Part shown: one piece after another, positions 50,120-62,830 of the stretch
Numbering within the stretch: position 1 is the stretch's first letter
Layout: each line of letters starts with the position of its first letter
Assembly (NCBI GenBank): GCA_010093605.1
Contig: MU004182.1
Location: 1 to 64,000, forward strand
From: Lophium mytilinum
Taxonomy: Eukaryota
Direction of reading: 5' to 3'
Length of the DNA: 64,000 nucleotides
Notes under the pieces: model-generated
Seen by the model: only the letters and a program-made list of their open reading frames with translations
The model's database searches: none
What the model was told of the DNA's origin: nothing
Position numbers and translations under genes: made by a program

Positions 50120-53100
50120 ATGGTTCTCAAAGCTACGATACCGCCTTCTCACACCCCCAAAATGAAACCCCTTGACATCGACAAAGTGCTAGACGAGCTC
50201 ACCATCACGGAGAAAATCGAACTCCTCTCCGGTAATCACGCCACCTTCCTTTTTCCTTCCATCCCTCATTTCTCTCCTGACATCAATCTCAGGAACCGAC
50301 TTCTGGCACACAAAAGCCATCCCCCGCCTCAACATTCCCGCAATCCGAACAACCGACGGCCCGAACGGCGCACGCGGTACCCGCTTCTTCAATGGTGTGC
50401 CGGCAGCTTGCTTTCCCTGCGGAACGGCGATGGGCGCGACGTGGGACACCGAACTCATGCGGAAAGCTGGTGAGCTGATGGGGGAGGAGGTGAGAGCAAA
50501 AGGGGCGCATGTGCTGCTTGGGCCGACAGTCAACATCCAACGAAGTCCGCTGGGGGGACGGGGATTTGAGAGGTCAGAATCACTTTCCAAGTATATTTTA
50601 AGCTATTCAGCGTAGAGCTTACTCGTTGTTGTAGTTTCTCCGAAGACCCTACTCTCTCCGGCACTATTGCCGCCGCCGTAATACAAGGTGTGCAATTCAA
50701 AGGCGTCGCAGCGACTATCAAGCACTTCGTCTGCAACGACCAGGAGCATGAGCGCATGGGCGTCAACGCTATCATCACTGACAGAGCTTTGCGAGAGATC
50801 TACCTCAAACCGTTCCAGATTGTGCAAAGGGATGCGAAGCCGAAGGCGGTTATGACGGCGTATAACAAGGTAAATGGGGTCCATGCGAGCGAGAGCAAAA
50901 AGTTGATTACGGATATCTTGAGGACGGAGTGGGGCTTTGATGGGTGTATTATGAGTGATTGGTGAGTTTGCTAATGTAAGAGGCGAGAAAAAGAAAGTAG
51001 TCGCTAATAGGCAGTAGGTTTGGGGTATACTCGGCATCGGAAGCTGTGAAAGCGGGACTTGATCTTGAGATGCCTGGGCCTCCTCGACGTTAGTATACCT
51101 CTGTTGCATGAGCGGGACACTGAGAGCTGACTGAACCAGTTCGCGGCGAGCAGCTCATGATCGCCATCAATGGCCAAAAGTTGAGCACACACGAAGTTGA
51201 CAAATGCGTACGCAATGTCCTCAACCTCGTAAACCTAGGGATAGCATCTGGTGTGCCCGAAAACGCCCCAGAAGGGAAGTTAGACACGCCAGAGACTGCC
51301 GCGTTGCTCAAGAGAGTCGCAGAATCATCCATTGTGCTGCTGAAGAATGAGAAGAGCGTCTTACCGTTCAGTAAGGAAAAGACAGTATGACGCCCATCGT
51401 GCGGTTTTTGTAAAGTGGACGCACGCTAAATCTTGAGTAGATCGCAGTAATCGGCCCTAACGCAAAACACGCTGCCTATTCAGGCGGTGGTTCCGCTAAC
51501 CTCCGCCCTTATTACACCACCACGCCCTACGACGCTATCAAAGCTGTCGCCAGCAGACCAATTTACTATGCGCTCGGTTCGGCATCTTTCGTCACCCTGC
51601 CTCAGCTCGGCGGCCGGCTGAAAACGTCAAAGGGGAAGAAAGGCTGCACCATGCGCTTCTACCGGGATTCTCCAAAAGTTAAGGATAGAGAAGTACTTGA
51701 GGAAATAGTGATCGACAACACCTTCGCGTTTTTGGCGGACTGGAGTCATCCTGACATCGAGGGCGATCTATTCTATGCTGAGCTTGAAGGTACGCTGGAA
51801 CCAGAGGAGGATGGAGCGTGGGAATTTGGAATTGCGGTTCGGGGTACGGCGCAGTTATTCGTGGACGGAAAACTCGTTGTGGACAATCTAACCTGCCAAC
51901 GTCGTGGTGACAGCTTCTTTGGCTCGGGCACCGTCGAAGAGAGGGGATCCATTGAATTGAAGGCGGGCAAGAAATACCGTATACTTGTCCAATTTGGGTC
52001 TGCTCCAACGTCGAACTATAAGCTTGCGGCGGGTGTTGCGCCTATGAACGGTGGCGGGATCAATTTTGGTGGTTTCCAAAAGATAGACCCGGAAGTAGAA
52101 TTGCAAAAGGCGGTCGAGTTGGCGAAGAAAGTTGATCAAGTTGTCGTTTGCGCTGGGCTGAACGTAAGCTTCTCTCTTTCATCTCAAATAGTATTATCGG
52201 CAGCTGACTGAACGACTCGCAGTCCGATATCGAGTCTGAGGGTTTTGATCGGCCGAACATGGGTAAGTCAGATTCCAATACACATGCTAGATACTTCTGG
52301 TGTCAGCTTCCGTGTATATCGATCAGCACTTGGAGACTCCGCTCCCGTCCTACTACAGTTCTTCTCAAGATACCTACTAACACCTACCCCAGATCACCCT
52401 CCTCATCTAGACGCCCTCATCTCCGCTATCTGCGCCACGAACTCTAACACGACGGTGGTCCTCCAATCCGGCACCCCCGTCAGCACAACCTGGGCCTCTG
52501 CCGCCCCCGCGATATTGCAAGCCTGGTACGGCGGTAACGAAGCCGGCACTGCCATCGCCTCGGTCCTCTTCGGCGACACGAACCCCTCGGGGAAACTCTC
52601 GCTTTCTTACCCGCTACGCGTGGAAGATAACCCCGCATATTTAAGTTTTAGGAGCGACCGGGGACGAGTGCTCTATGGGGAGGATGTTTATGTCGGGTAT
52701 CGGTGGTACGAGAAGATACAAAGGGAGGTGCGGTGGAATTTTGGACATGGGCTGTCATACACCACTTTCCAGTTCTCTAAATTGAGAGTGAGAGCTCACC
52801 AAGCGGCGGATAGCTTGGAAGTCGAGGTGTGGGTGAAAAACACGGGTGGCAGGGCGGGTGAGCAGGTGGTCCAGGTATATGTGAGTCAGGGGAGCCCAGG
52901 TGTGGGGAGGCCGGTGAAGGAGTTGAGAGGTTTCGAGAAGGTCGCGGTGGAGAAGGGTGGAAATGAGCTTGTGAAGATTAAGATGAGTTTGCGGTATGCG
53001 TGTAGTTGGTGGGACGAGGTCAGGGATGCGTGGGTTATGGAAGCGGGGCCGTATAAGGTGTTGTTGGGGGATAGTAGTCAAGGCGGATTTTTAGAGAAAG

Positions 53101-53141
53101 AATTCGAGGTAGAGAAGACCGAATGGTGGAGTGGGGTGTAA
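50120..53141 (+). CDS. GH3 beta-glucosidase with PA14 and Fn3-like domains (no signal peptide)
   Basis: [32 protein letters not shown] nucleophile, [44 protein letters not shown]; multiple GT-AG introns. Confidence 0.96.
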
Positions 53142-53615
53142 GGGGGTTGAATCTTAAATCGTTCGTTAATGCTATCCACACCATATAGCAGTCCTAAGTC
53201 AGACAGTCTGTGTACACGAGGCCGCCGCGGTCAAGGGTGCCCCCATGGGGTTTCTGCAATCTACCCCCAGTGTCATGTTCCAGGCAGCGACCATTGGACT
53301 ACCTCTTACAGGAACGGCTTCCTGGCAGCGGAGCTGTTCCTGAAGACGGTGTCTAGCTTCCAATATTGACACTCAAGGAGTGCCATCTGTGCATCCAACT
53401 GATAAATTAGCACTGCACGTGCCAAGACGCCTTCAGGTAGCCCTTCAATTTTAATTTGTAGTCAGACGAGTATTCACTCAGAGTGTTACGGCCGGTATCA
53501 CCAGGACGACCACAACAAGCTCGCCTCGCGGTTGTAGGCTTTACAAAGCGCCTGCCCGCCTCCTACCTCTTCAGTGCCTCCACCAACTCCACTTACTGCA
53601 TCAACTCTATCCTCC

Positions 53616-55100
53616 ATGAACGCTGGAGTCGAGAAGATGGTACCCACGGGGATTCTTGACTGCCCAAGTGAGCTCGTGGACCAGATTGTGCAGTTACTTC
53701 CTCAAACCTCTTTCTTAGCTTTGCGCGCTACGTGCAAGGACTTGCAACGAAAGACAGATTACCACTTCAAGAAGCGGCATCTACCGGAAAAGACAGTGAC
53801 TCTAGCCAATGATTTCCGCCCCAGCCTGGCTTCGCTGATGGGGTTTGCAAGCTATCCTCACTTCGCACGTCTTATCCGTAAGGTTTGCGTCGAGGTGGAG
53901 ATCGATACACTCCTCCAAGGTAACTGGCTATTTTCAATGCCAAAGACACCCACAGCTGGAAAATGGACGAATCACTTCAACACCTCACCCGAAATGCCCA
54001 GAACGGACGACCGCGTCGTGGATATTGGTCTCTTGTTCACTTCACTTGGAAAACTACCGGCGCTGGAAGTACTTGAATTCGCCCAATATAACGACTTATC
54101 TACTCCAGCGGCTCACTTAGGAGATCAACAGCTGGTTGACACAGATTGGTGCGAGAAGTGCCGAAAGCCTTCTCGATACGATCAATGCGTCCACTTCACC
54201 ATGTTCTGCGACGCTCTGTTGGCTATAGCGCGATCATGTGTTGATCTCGTCAATCTGTGCAAACATTACAACATCTCTTCGGACAAGACAGCGGGCCGGC
54301 TCCGCGAGATACTCGATCTCGCCAACGACTTGATCGCTAGTGATCTTTCAGCTTGGGTGGAGTTCAAGCGAGCGTACCCCCTTTTGCCTCACGGCGTGTC
54401 TTTCAAGAGCCTACGCGAGGTGACTTTTGCTGGGAACCCCATGGTAGTGTATCATGCCAAAGATAATGAACACAGCTTGTTGAAGTATATCCTCAAATCC
54501 TCTCCGATAATGGAGAAAATCACCTTGAAAGGGGCCGGCAGGCTAGGGACCATTTGGGGGTTCAATCAACTCCAATATCACGTCGGATGGGGCATGCAAC
54601 CGCTGTGCATGCACTGGGGGCCACGTAGAGAACTCCTCAATACACGCTGTCTCACGTCTGTCACGTTAAGCTGTCTGCATGTTCACGCTCACACAATCAA
54701 CTACTTCCTACAAGAGCATGGCCAGACGTTGCGGCAGCTCATGCTGGAAGGCCTCGCTCTACCCCAACCGTTCAGAGTCGTTCTAGCCTCTTACGAGAAG
54801 GCCACAAAGCTGGAACTACTCTACGTGCGTGCACCTTTCACTCTTCCACCTGGCCTAAGCATGTACTTTGCGCCCACCGTCTTTGGAGACCTCGCATCGC
54901 GACAAGAGGTACAAGTTTTTCTTTACGGTGGAAGTATAGACCAAGAGGAGATGAAAGAAATATGGCAGAAGACGGTTCCACCGGGTGTACTTGATACAAG
55001 CACCAATCGGGACATGATCGGGTGGAGGTTCGAGGGCGAAGCTGTGCAGCCTGGGGTCAGATTCCTGATGGCCAACGAGAGAAGATTGTACGGCTTGTAA
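53616..55100 (+). CDS. F-box-like protein, paralog A
   Basis: ILDCPSELVDQIVQLLPQTSFLALRATCKDL; long intronless ORF. Confidence 0.85.
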   Translation: MNAGVEKMVPTGILDCPSELVDQIVQLLPQTSFLALRATCKDLQRKTDYHFKKRHLPEKTVTLANDFRPSLASLMGFASYPHFARLIRKVCVEVEIDTLLQGNWLFSMPKTPTAGKWTNHFNTSPEMPRTDDRVVDIGLLFTSLGKLPALEVLEFAQYNDLSTPAAHLGDQQLVDTDWCEKCRKPSRYDQCVHFTMFCDALLAIARSCVDLVNLCKHYNISSDKTAGRLREILDLANDLIASDLSAWVEFKRAYPLLPHGVSFKSLREVTFAGNPMVVYHAKDNEHSLLKYILKSSPIMEKITLKGAGRLGTIWGFNQLQYHVGWGMQPLCMHWGPRRELLNTRCLTSVTLSCLHVHAHTINYFLQEHGQTLRQLMLEGLALPQPFRVVLASYEKATKLELLYVRAPFTLPPGLSMYFAPTVFGDLASRQEVQVFLYGGSIDQEEMKEIWQKTVPPGVLDTSTNRDMIGWRFEGEAVQPGVRFLMANERRLYGL

Positions 55101-55863
55101 GCTACCGTACGAGGCCATAGGATTGGATTCCATGGATATGGCACTGCTTTGGCTCCACTCTTGCGCGATCGATGCCCCACTGTATGGAGGACCTCAGCTC
55201 GCAGGTAGTTACGTCATCAAAGGGTAGTCCAATCTCCTCTGCCTTAGTCTTGACATTGAGTTTTGGTATCTTAAAAGTCCATTGAGGCACCCCTAGCAAC
55301 TACAATGTTCATGAAATGGGTGAGTTACCGGTTTGGAGGAGTGAGGTAAAGTAGCGGAGGTTAAATTAGAAGGCACGTGATGGAAGGGCTATTCTGGGAT
55401 GTATATGCTGCAATCTTGATGTTGAGGGGTTTAGAAGTGTGATTTGCATGCATGATGACGGTGTTTGAGGTGCCTTGTCAGGTCAACACCAACTTACATA
55501 CGATGTAAAGGGCTAAAGGCGGTGGAATAGAGGCTCATGATTGGAGTACTTCAATAGGGTACGGTTGGCTTCGCTCTTCATACTGAGGTGTATGCATTGA
55601 CGATAAATATGCATGATCGCGTTTGGGGTGGCTCGTGAGGTCAAGGCCAACTCATCCACGATGTAAAGGGCTGGAGGTCGTGAATCAAACCCCCCCAAAC
55701 GCTCCTCTATGCTGAGATCTACGCCTCACATACTCACATTTCCCCACGACTCCCCATTGGCCACTTCCAAAGCACCCCCGTGACTCCGCGTTTCTTCATC
55801 ATATAAGCTTCACACGAACGCGTCAACCAACGTCCCAATTACCACACTTTCTCAATGCTCAAG

Positions 55864-56282
55864 ATGGCCCGCGAAACCAAAGTCACCGACTTCCAAACCC
55901 GCGTCTACTCCCTCCTCCAGCAAATCCCCGAGGGCAAAGTAACCTCCTACGCCGCCTTATCGAAAGCGCTAAATAGCTCCCCACGCGCGGTCGGCGGTGC
56001 GCTGAGAAACAACCCGTTTGCACCCGAGATTCCGTGCCATCGCTGTATTGCGAGTACTGGGGTGAGTCACTCAGAAAGGAGGCGGTGTTACGTTTGCTGG
56101 GTAGGGTGTGGGCTGATGTCTGTGAGCAGTTCATCGGCGGTTTTCAGGGCGACTGGCAGAAAGCCCCCAGTGGAATCAACATTGAGAAGAAGATGAGTTT
56201 GCTGAAGGAGGAGGGGGTGGAGTTTGACGAAAAGGGGATGTTGGTAGATAGGGGAGCGTGGTGGGACGAGTTCAGAGTTTGA
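55864..56282 (+). CDS. MGT1: methylated-DNA-protein-cysteine methyltransferase (short, DNA-binding/active-site domain only)
   Basis: IPEGKVTSY, PRAVGGAL..NP....PCHRC active-site motif, LLKEEG; intron 56062-56129; ACGCGT at 55818-55823. Confidence 0.9.
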
Positions 56283-57512
56283 AGGATGCAAAGGGGCCTT
56301 TACGGGCTAAGATCTAGGTTGCTGTCATTCAAAAGCTGTAACCTAGGTAGCATACAAAAGCTTTTTGCAGAAATGTTGATGATATCAATAGAGAGATGGA
56401 GAAAGAGCGGTTTGTTCGCCTGCGGCGGGAAAGAATGTGGCGCTAAACCCATACAGGAGGTCGTTAATAAAAGACGTTCAGCGCGGCCAATTCGGGCCTA
56501 GTTAATTTCCCCTCAAACTTCAACCTCAGCTGACTCCCCAACTTCTTCTCTTCTCCAAGTTGGTCCTCGCTCTAGTTCGAGCAACGTGATTAGCCCTGAC
56601 AGTCTCCAGTATGGTACGTTACATTTACATTTGAGTATGTCAGTCGCTATTTAGGAGGAATCCCGCTCGATACTCTAACCCCATTAGTGCCCCACGCACG
56701 GACATTCCCTCCTCGTCGCACCGGCAACACAAAGGAGTATACTTCTAGAACGGCCAAAAGCCATTACAACGGACACTTTCCTATTTGAGTTCTCTATAAT
56801 CCGGCGGCTCCTCCGGATCGCTTTACCAATGTTTTACGCCTCGATGGGTTGCTCTTAGGAGATCGACTGCGTATCCTAAGACATTTCCGGGGAAAGTAGT
56901 CTACCACTTTCTTCTTTCATATTGCTATAAGATCACTATTTCAGACACCAGCGATCAGGAAATGCATTCCATTGTGATTAATTATCAATCTGATGATGAG
57001 CTATCGTACCAAAACGCCTTGCCCTGCATTTCTCATTTGCAGTCTTGGCTAACGAACGACCCTAGTTTGTGATGAGCTATCTAGAAATCTTACCGCAGGT
57101 TTGATTAGACAGTATCTTGTGACCTGATCACATCCGTCTATCACCGTCATGTATTCCTCCTCTACAGACCTGGAAAGTTTCAGGCTCCATATCAAGGCCG
57201 GCACAAAGAGGACTATACTACCTCTTGGTCGAGCAGCTACTTGCTAGCCGGGCTACTTCTTTTAGTGGTGATGAGTAAGGAAGATGGAGTTGGAGTGGCG
57301 GTAAGTCTATGTGCCCTGAATTTTGGAAATTGACCAGGGTGCATACCATGGGCGCGGTTGATGTCGCTACCAAAGTACGCCCACGGCTGATCTGTCTTTT
57401 CAATTCTTGTTCCAAAAGATTTTCCACGATCACCAACGTTTTACAAGCACCCAACTTCTAAAATCTTCCACAAGACCACTCAGACTCAATATTGTGCTAA
57501 ACTCAGACCCCG

Positions 57513-59120
57513 ATGGAGCTGCAAACTTGGTTCCTGCAGGACGCTCATTCGAATGACGCCCGCTCTGGCTACTCCAGCCCGCCTCGCTTCCTCGAATATC
57601 CCGCCGAAATTGTCGACATTATCGCGCAAGCTCTACCGCGCAACTCCTTCCTCGCCCTTCGCCGCACTTGCAGACATGTCCGTCAAATTACGGACTGGCA
57701 CTTCAAAAATCGCCATCTTCTCGAGAAGAGGGTTGCCCTAGTTGATGGCGCGTGTCTTAACTCACTTGTCGAGCTAGCCAATTACCCAGAATTTGCGAAT
57801 CGAGTGCGCAATGTGCGTATTGAGATCGGAGACAGCCTGGTCCTAATAGCAAGCGGCTTTGAATCATGGAATACCCATGAGAAGAGTGAGATAACGGACT
57901 GGACGAGGCATTTCAACGCATCCGAGATCGAGCCTGATAAACCGTGGATGATCAATGGGAGCTGGGTCAACAAGGGCCGTGCTGTGAACCTGGGCCTCCT
58001 CTCCGCTGCCCTCGAACAACTACCAGCACTCGAATCCATAGAGATTATCGAGCGACCTATGCACACTCTCACACGCTCCAGACGTAAAAGCAAACCTTTC
58101 TTGGATGCACAGTGGTGCTACAGATGTGCCGGCTCACCACGATCGAATAATTGCTATCACTTCTTCATGTTTTCTAAGGCACTTAGAGCCCTGGCCGTCA
58201 ACAAAGAACATCACCTCAACAACTGCAATCAATTCATCATGTCATTGTGTCCGTCGCCGGGGGTACACAGCTCTGTAGCGCCATGGGCCTGGATCAATAC
58301 CCGCTACGAGTACCTCAATCCATTAGCCGAGAACCATATTCCGCGACCCATCTTCTCCCTTGCATCCCTCAAGAGGCTCACATACCGCGGAGATGGCTTC
58401 GCACAGTACACCCACCAAGGCGGTGTTCTTCGTTACAACCTTCTGAAGTACCTTTCGTGCGGCACAGAGCACCTAGAGACCATCGTCTCACACTCTACCA
58501 TCACCACCGCGACTTTGAAAAATCAATACGAAGCGAGACGGTGGCACATCTTGCCACAGCAAGTCGATATCTTAGGGAATTCCCTAGCGTCGCTTACTCT
58601 GAAGGCCCTCTACATCAGCCCGGGCTATCTTCCCTACGTCATAACGCAACACCAAGAAACGCTGCGGTACATCGCCCTCGATGGTTTGCCTCTCATGGTC
58701 GACTACGACGCTTTGGCTACTACTCCTGATACACAGCCGGGAACAGCTCCAATAATGAACTCGCTGCGGCAATGTACCAAACTACAGTACGTCTCTGTTC
58801 GTGCTCCTATTCAATTCAATTGTCCTATTCTATTTGGAGATCCTGTTTCCTGCACCGAAGCATTAGTGTGTATGAGTATGGAAAATAAGCGGGAGCCGGG
58901 CCGCCGGGTCTGGGACTATGACAAAATGTTCGAGTGGTGCCGGATAGGACGCGACGAGCCGGAGAGAGAACGTATCAATAGCGACCTTGCAGGTTGGAAG
59001 TTTGAGGGCTCTGATACTCAGCCGGGTGTGGAAAACCTAGCTGAGAAAGGAAGATTGTTCCTACAGGTTCCAGAAAACAAAGATATGGGAGCCCCTCGGA
59101 CATCTCAGTTCCAGATGTAG
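57513..59120 (+). CDS. F-box-like protein, paralog B
   Basis: FLEYPAEIVDIIAQALPRNSFLALRRTCRHV; collinear similarity to 53616-55100. Confidence 0.87.
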   Translation: MELQTWFLQDAHSNDARSGYSSPPRFLEYPAEIVDIIAQALPRNSFLALRRTCRHVRQITDWHFKNRHLLEKRVALVDGACLNSLVELANYPEFANRVRNVRIEIGDSLVLIASGFESWNTHEKSEITDWTRHFNASEIEPDKPWMINGSWVNKGRAVNLGLLSAALEQLPALESIEIIERPMHTLTRSRRKSKPFLDAQWCYRCAGSPRSNNCYHFFMFSKALRALAVNKEHHLNNCNQFIMSLCPSPGVHSSVAPWAWINTRYEYLNPLAENHIPRPIFSLASLKRLTYRGDGFAQYTHQGGVLRYNLLKYLSCGTEHLETIVSHSTITTATLKNQYEARRWHILPQQVDILGNSLASLTLKALYISPGYLPYVITQHQETLRYIALDGLPLMVDYDALATTPDTQPGTAPIMNSLRQCTKLQYVSVRAPIQFNCPILFGDPVSCTEALVCMSMENKREPGRRVWDYDKMFEWCRIGRDEPERERINSDLAGWKFEGSDTQPGVENLAEKGRLFLQVPENKDMGAPRTSQFQM

Positions 59121-59934
59121 AAGCACTCTAGCCGATTACTTTCATCTGCACAACCGACGCCACATCTATTTACCTCCGATGGCTTGTATACTACTCGGAT
59201 GATTTAGCGTGGGCAGCAATCTGTTCAATCCTCAATACGTACATCGGCCGGCCGGGTAAACCACAGCCTTTCAATCCAGAAGACTTTCAACATTAGCTCA
59301 AACGGCCGGATTACTGCCTACGCTACGTCTTGAATCTATAACGGTACGCATCATATCAATCCTTAGCGCTCGATATCTCAAGTAGCCCCACAAAGGAGAA
59401 AAACCACCACCTTCGAAACTCAATATTGACATTCGCATCCTCACTTGATACTTTTTGGATTATTCAACTCTCTTGCGGTTCCTAATGCATGAAACGGTTC
59501 TACCGCAAGAGGCGAAACCATGTCAGCGTTCCCATACCCTTGTATCAGCATTATTTATATTGGCATTGTCCAATTCAGACGTGGTGATGCAGCTCACCAG
59601 CATATGGTCCTGGACAAGCATTGTGATTTGCGGTGCGGGAATTCTTACAGATCGCATGCAGCTGCTCTATTCCGTCTCTCACAGGCGCATAAGTCGTTAT
59701 TTACTGGAAATTCCAGTCACGTGGCTTGCACGTGAAGATCACGTGACATGAATCTGCCTCCGGCATCTTGGGCTGGAACGATCTCTCACTTCGATTGCCA
59801 CATCCTTTAGTATTCACGTCTACTAATATTACAGCCTACAATAACCTCAAAGTCTACCGCACACAAAGTACCCCAATCAAGCCCTCTCCCAGCACCAAAA
59901 TTAAGCATCCACCAACGCCCCCTAATACTGCCCC

Positions 59935-61317
59935 CTAAAACACACCTCCCCTCTCCGCAAACCACCCCAACATATCATCCCTCCCCAAAATCGTCACCAA
60001 AATCATCCGCCCAAAAACATCAATATCCTCCGGCCCCGCCCCCTCCAACACCTCCGTGAAATCCAGATCCGCCACCAAGAAATGCCGCTTCTCGTTCCAC
60101 GCGCTCGCGAACTCGATGGTCGAGCTCGCGTGCCACAGATGCGCCGACGTTGTGATCTTACTCGTGACGGCTGCGTGGTTGACGCAGTAGGAGCGGCCCT
60201 GTAGTAGGTGTAGCAGCACTAGGAATTGGCAGAGAGTAAGGAGGGTGCGTTGGGAGGATTCGCGGAGGATGAAGGCGCACCAGACCTCGCGAGCGGTGGC
60301 GGCGGGGTAGAGGGAAAGGAGAGCGGGGTATGGGGGGTCCTCGGCTTCCTGGAGGGTGGTGTAGAGGGCGTAGATGGATTCTTCGAGGTGGGGGAAGGTA
60401 GGGCCGACGTGAGCGTATAGTTGGAGCTGTGGAGGTGTTAGTAAAAGATGGTTGAGGGAGAGGAAGGGGACGTACGTCACCGCTGAAGGCTTGCATGACT
60501 TGATATAGTATTAGTGCGTGTGCACGGGCGAGTATGTCTACGGGCGCCGTTGGAGGTGGGCTTGAGGTGACCTCTTTTACGCGGTCGATTACGTGGCGGG
60601 CGAAGAAAGCGGAGTTGGTCTCGTTTCGGGCGAGGTATAAGGCGCAGGTTGCGTGAGCTTCTTTTGGCTTGTTAGAGAAGTCTATCTCTAAGTGCTAGTT
60701 TTGCGTGGTATACCCTGTAGTACTCGAGGCATGCAATCCTCGTAAAGAAGGGGATGTGACCACGGCGTTTGGTTCTCCAACACCATCGTAGCGGGAGCCT
60801 CCTTCATCCGATCGATGGCATAGCTAATCCGCGCATAAGACGCAGGCGTGAGCTCCCACTCACAAGCCTTAACTTGTGGAAGGCGTGTCGACCGAGCTTG
60901 TCGAATGTGTGTCGATCTGACCAGTGAACCTTCCCTCTGCTCGATCTCTGGCATTGGCGATGTGTTCAGGAGGTCGTGAAGAAACCCGACGCTTTCCAGA
61001 CCCGCATTCAAGTCGAAATCCAAAAGGCACGTGTCTTGACGGCTATTAACAGGTGTCTCTTGAAGACCTCGGATCAAAGACATATCCAAAGCGGAGGCTG
61101 CACTATCTATGTTGCCATCTGGCATGGGAGAATCATCTTCAGGTACAAGGGTCAAATTGTGTGTAGGTCGGGGTGGGTAAGAGCACGTAAAGTGCTGCCG
61201 TACGCAGCGGAGACAGCTGGGCTGCGTTAAGTCGCATCTCCGCTTGGACCTGACACATCGTGCGCAGGACTTCTGCCTTCCTGTCGGGTTTGCGCTTTGG
61301 TCTCTTTCAGCGGGCAT
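59935..61317 (-). CDS. Zn(II)2Cys6 transcription factor
   Basis: SCARCVRSKRRCDLTQPSCLRCVRQHFTCSYP, TPWSHPLLY, ESSQRT, SAHLW; introns 60713-60661 and 60475-60427. Confidence 0.92.
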
Positions 61318-61852
61318 GGGGTTGAAGATGAGAATTGAATTGAGGATTATCGAAATTAAAACGGACGAGAACAGGACGAGGGGGTAATAGGATGAGTATG
61401 ATTATGTTCTTACTATTCGGAATTGGTCCTACGATGTGTCGCGTCGTTGGAAGTGTCGTGAAGCTTGAGTGCGTAGCTTCGTTGCCCCTGGGCCGCTTCT
61501 CGTCCGTGGATCTCCGCAAAACTGTGGGTCTCCCATTGTGGCTGGTGGGCATGCGGAGGACAGCACCAGCCACAGCGGTGATCCGCAATAAGCTGCCAAA
61601 CCAATGCGGACTGCTTCAAAAAGGCGCCATGGTTCATAATGTTATAAGTTAGGGCAAAAATCTATAAGACAGCACCACTCCTGGGAGTAAAAAGATAGTC
61701 ATCCCTCTCAGCCAGCACAGATAATCCTCGAATTTGCCTTTAGATTTCTTTGTCTTTTTAGCACCATTCCTACTTCTACATCTAAACTCATACGTTTTCA
61801 TACTTAGCTATTTTCATTCCATACCGTCCAGGACATATCGTCTTGCTTCACC

Positions 61853-62830
61853 ATGGGCCTCTACCGCGCAGCCTACTCCCAACTCTTTCCTCCCAAGCCG
61901 ACCTTCACCGAGAAGGACATCCCGGCCGGCAGCCAAGTCGGCAAAGTCTTCCTCATCACCGGCGCCAACCAAGGCATCGGCTTCGAGCTCGTCAAACTGC
62001 TATACCACTCCGGAGCGACCATCTACCTCGCCGGCCGGTCCGTAGAGCGCCTCAACGAGGCCATCGAAATCATCACCTCGATTTCCCCGGCGCCAGAAAT
62101 ACCTGCAGTGCTCAAACCCCTTCTTCTGGATCTCAACGACCTCGCAGCTGTAAAGACATCCGCTACTGCATTCGCGGCTCAGGAATCGAGGCTAGACGTC
62201 CTATGGAACAACGCGGGGATCGGGGGCGCGCCGATAGGCACAACGACAAAGCAAGGGATCGAGGGACATATTGGGGTGAACTGCGTAGGACCACTTCTCT
62301 TCACGCAATTGCTCTACCCACTCCTCCAGGCCGCCGCAAAATCTTCCGCCAAGGGTAGCGTGCGGGTCGTTTGGACCAGTTCACCAATCGTCGATATGGG
62401 CGCGCCGAAAGGCGGGATTGACTTCAAATCGATTGACTCGGGCAAGACGATGAATTCAAACCGCGACTACTCATGCTCAAAGGTCGGGAATTGGTTCCTC
62501 GCCGACGAGGGTGCGAAGCGATGGGGCAAAGACGGCATAGTGAGCGTGGTCGAGAACCCAGGGAATTTGAACACGAGCGCGTACAGGTATCAGTCGGGGT
62601 TCATGATGTTTTTTGTGAAGCCCATACTGTCTGAGCCGAAGTTTGGGGGGTATACGATGCTTTATGCGGGGTTTACGGGGGATGTAGGGCTAGAAAGTAA
62701 TGGGGCGTATATATGGCCCTTTGGGAGGAAGATTCGGAATGTGAGGGAGGACATTTACCAGGCGATTGAAGAAGGGAAGGCAAGCGAGTTTTGGGACTGG
62801 TGTGAGAAGAAGTTCGAGGCGTATGTGTAA
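61853..62830 (+). CDS. short-chain dehydrogenase/reductase (retinol-DH/WWOX-like)
   Basis: ITGANQGIG, LWNNAG, YSCSK catalytic motif, NPGNL; divergent from the Zn2Cys6 gene. Confidence 0.95.
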   Translation: MGLYRAAYSQLFPPKPTFTEKDIPAGSQVGKVFLITGANQGIGFELVKLLYHSGATIYLAGRSVERLNEAIEIITSISPAPEIPAVLKPLLLDLNDLAAVKTSATAFAAQESRLDVLWNNAGIGGAPIGTTTKQGIEGHIGVNCVGPLLFTQLLYPLLQAAAKSSAKGSVRVVWTSSPIVDMGAPKGGIDFKSIDSGKTMNSNRDYSCSKVGNWFLADEGAKRWGKDGIVSVVENPGNLNTSAYRYQSGFMMFFVKPILSEPKFGGYTMLYAGFTGDVGLESNGAYIWPFGRKIRNVREDIYQAIEEGKASEFWDWCEKKFEAYV

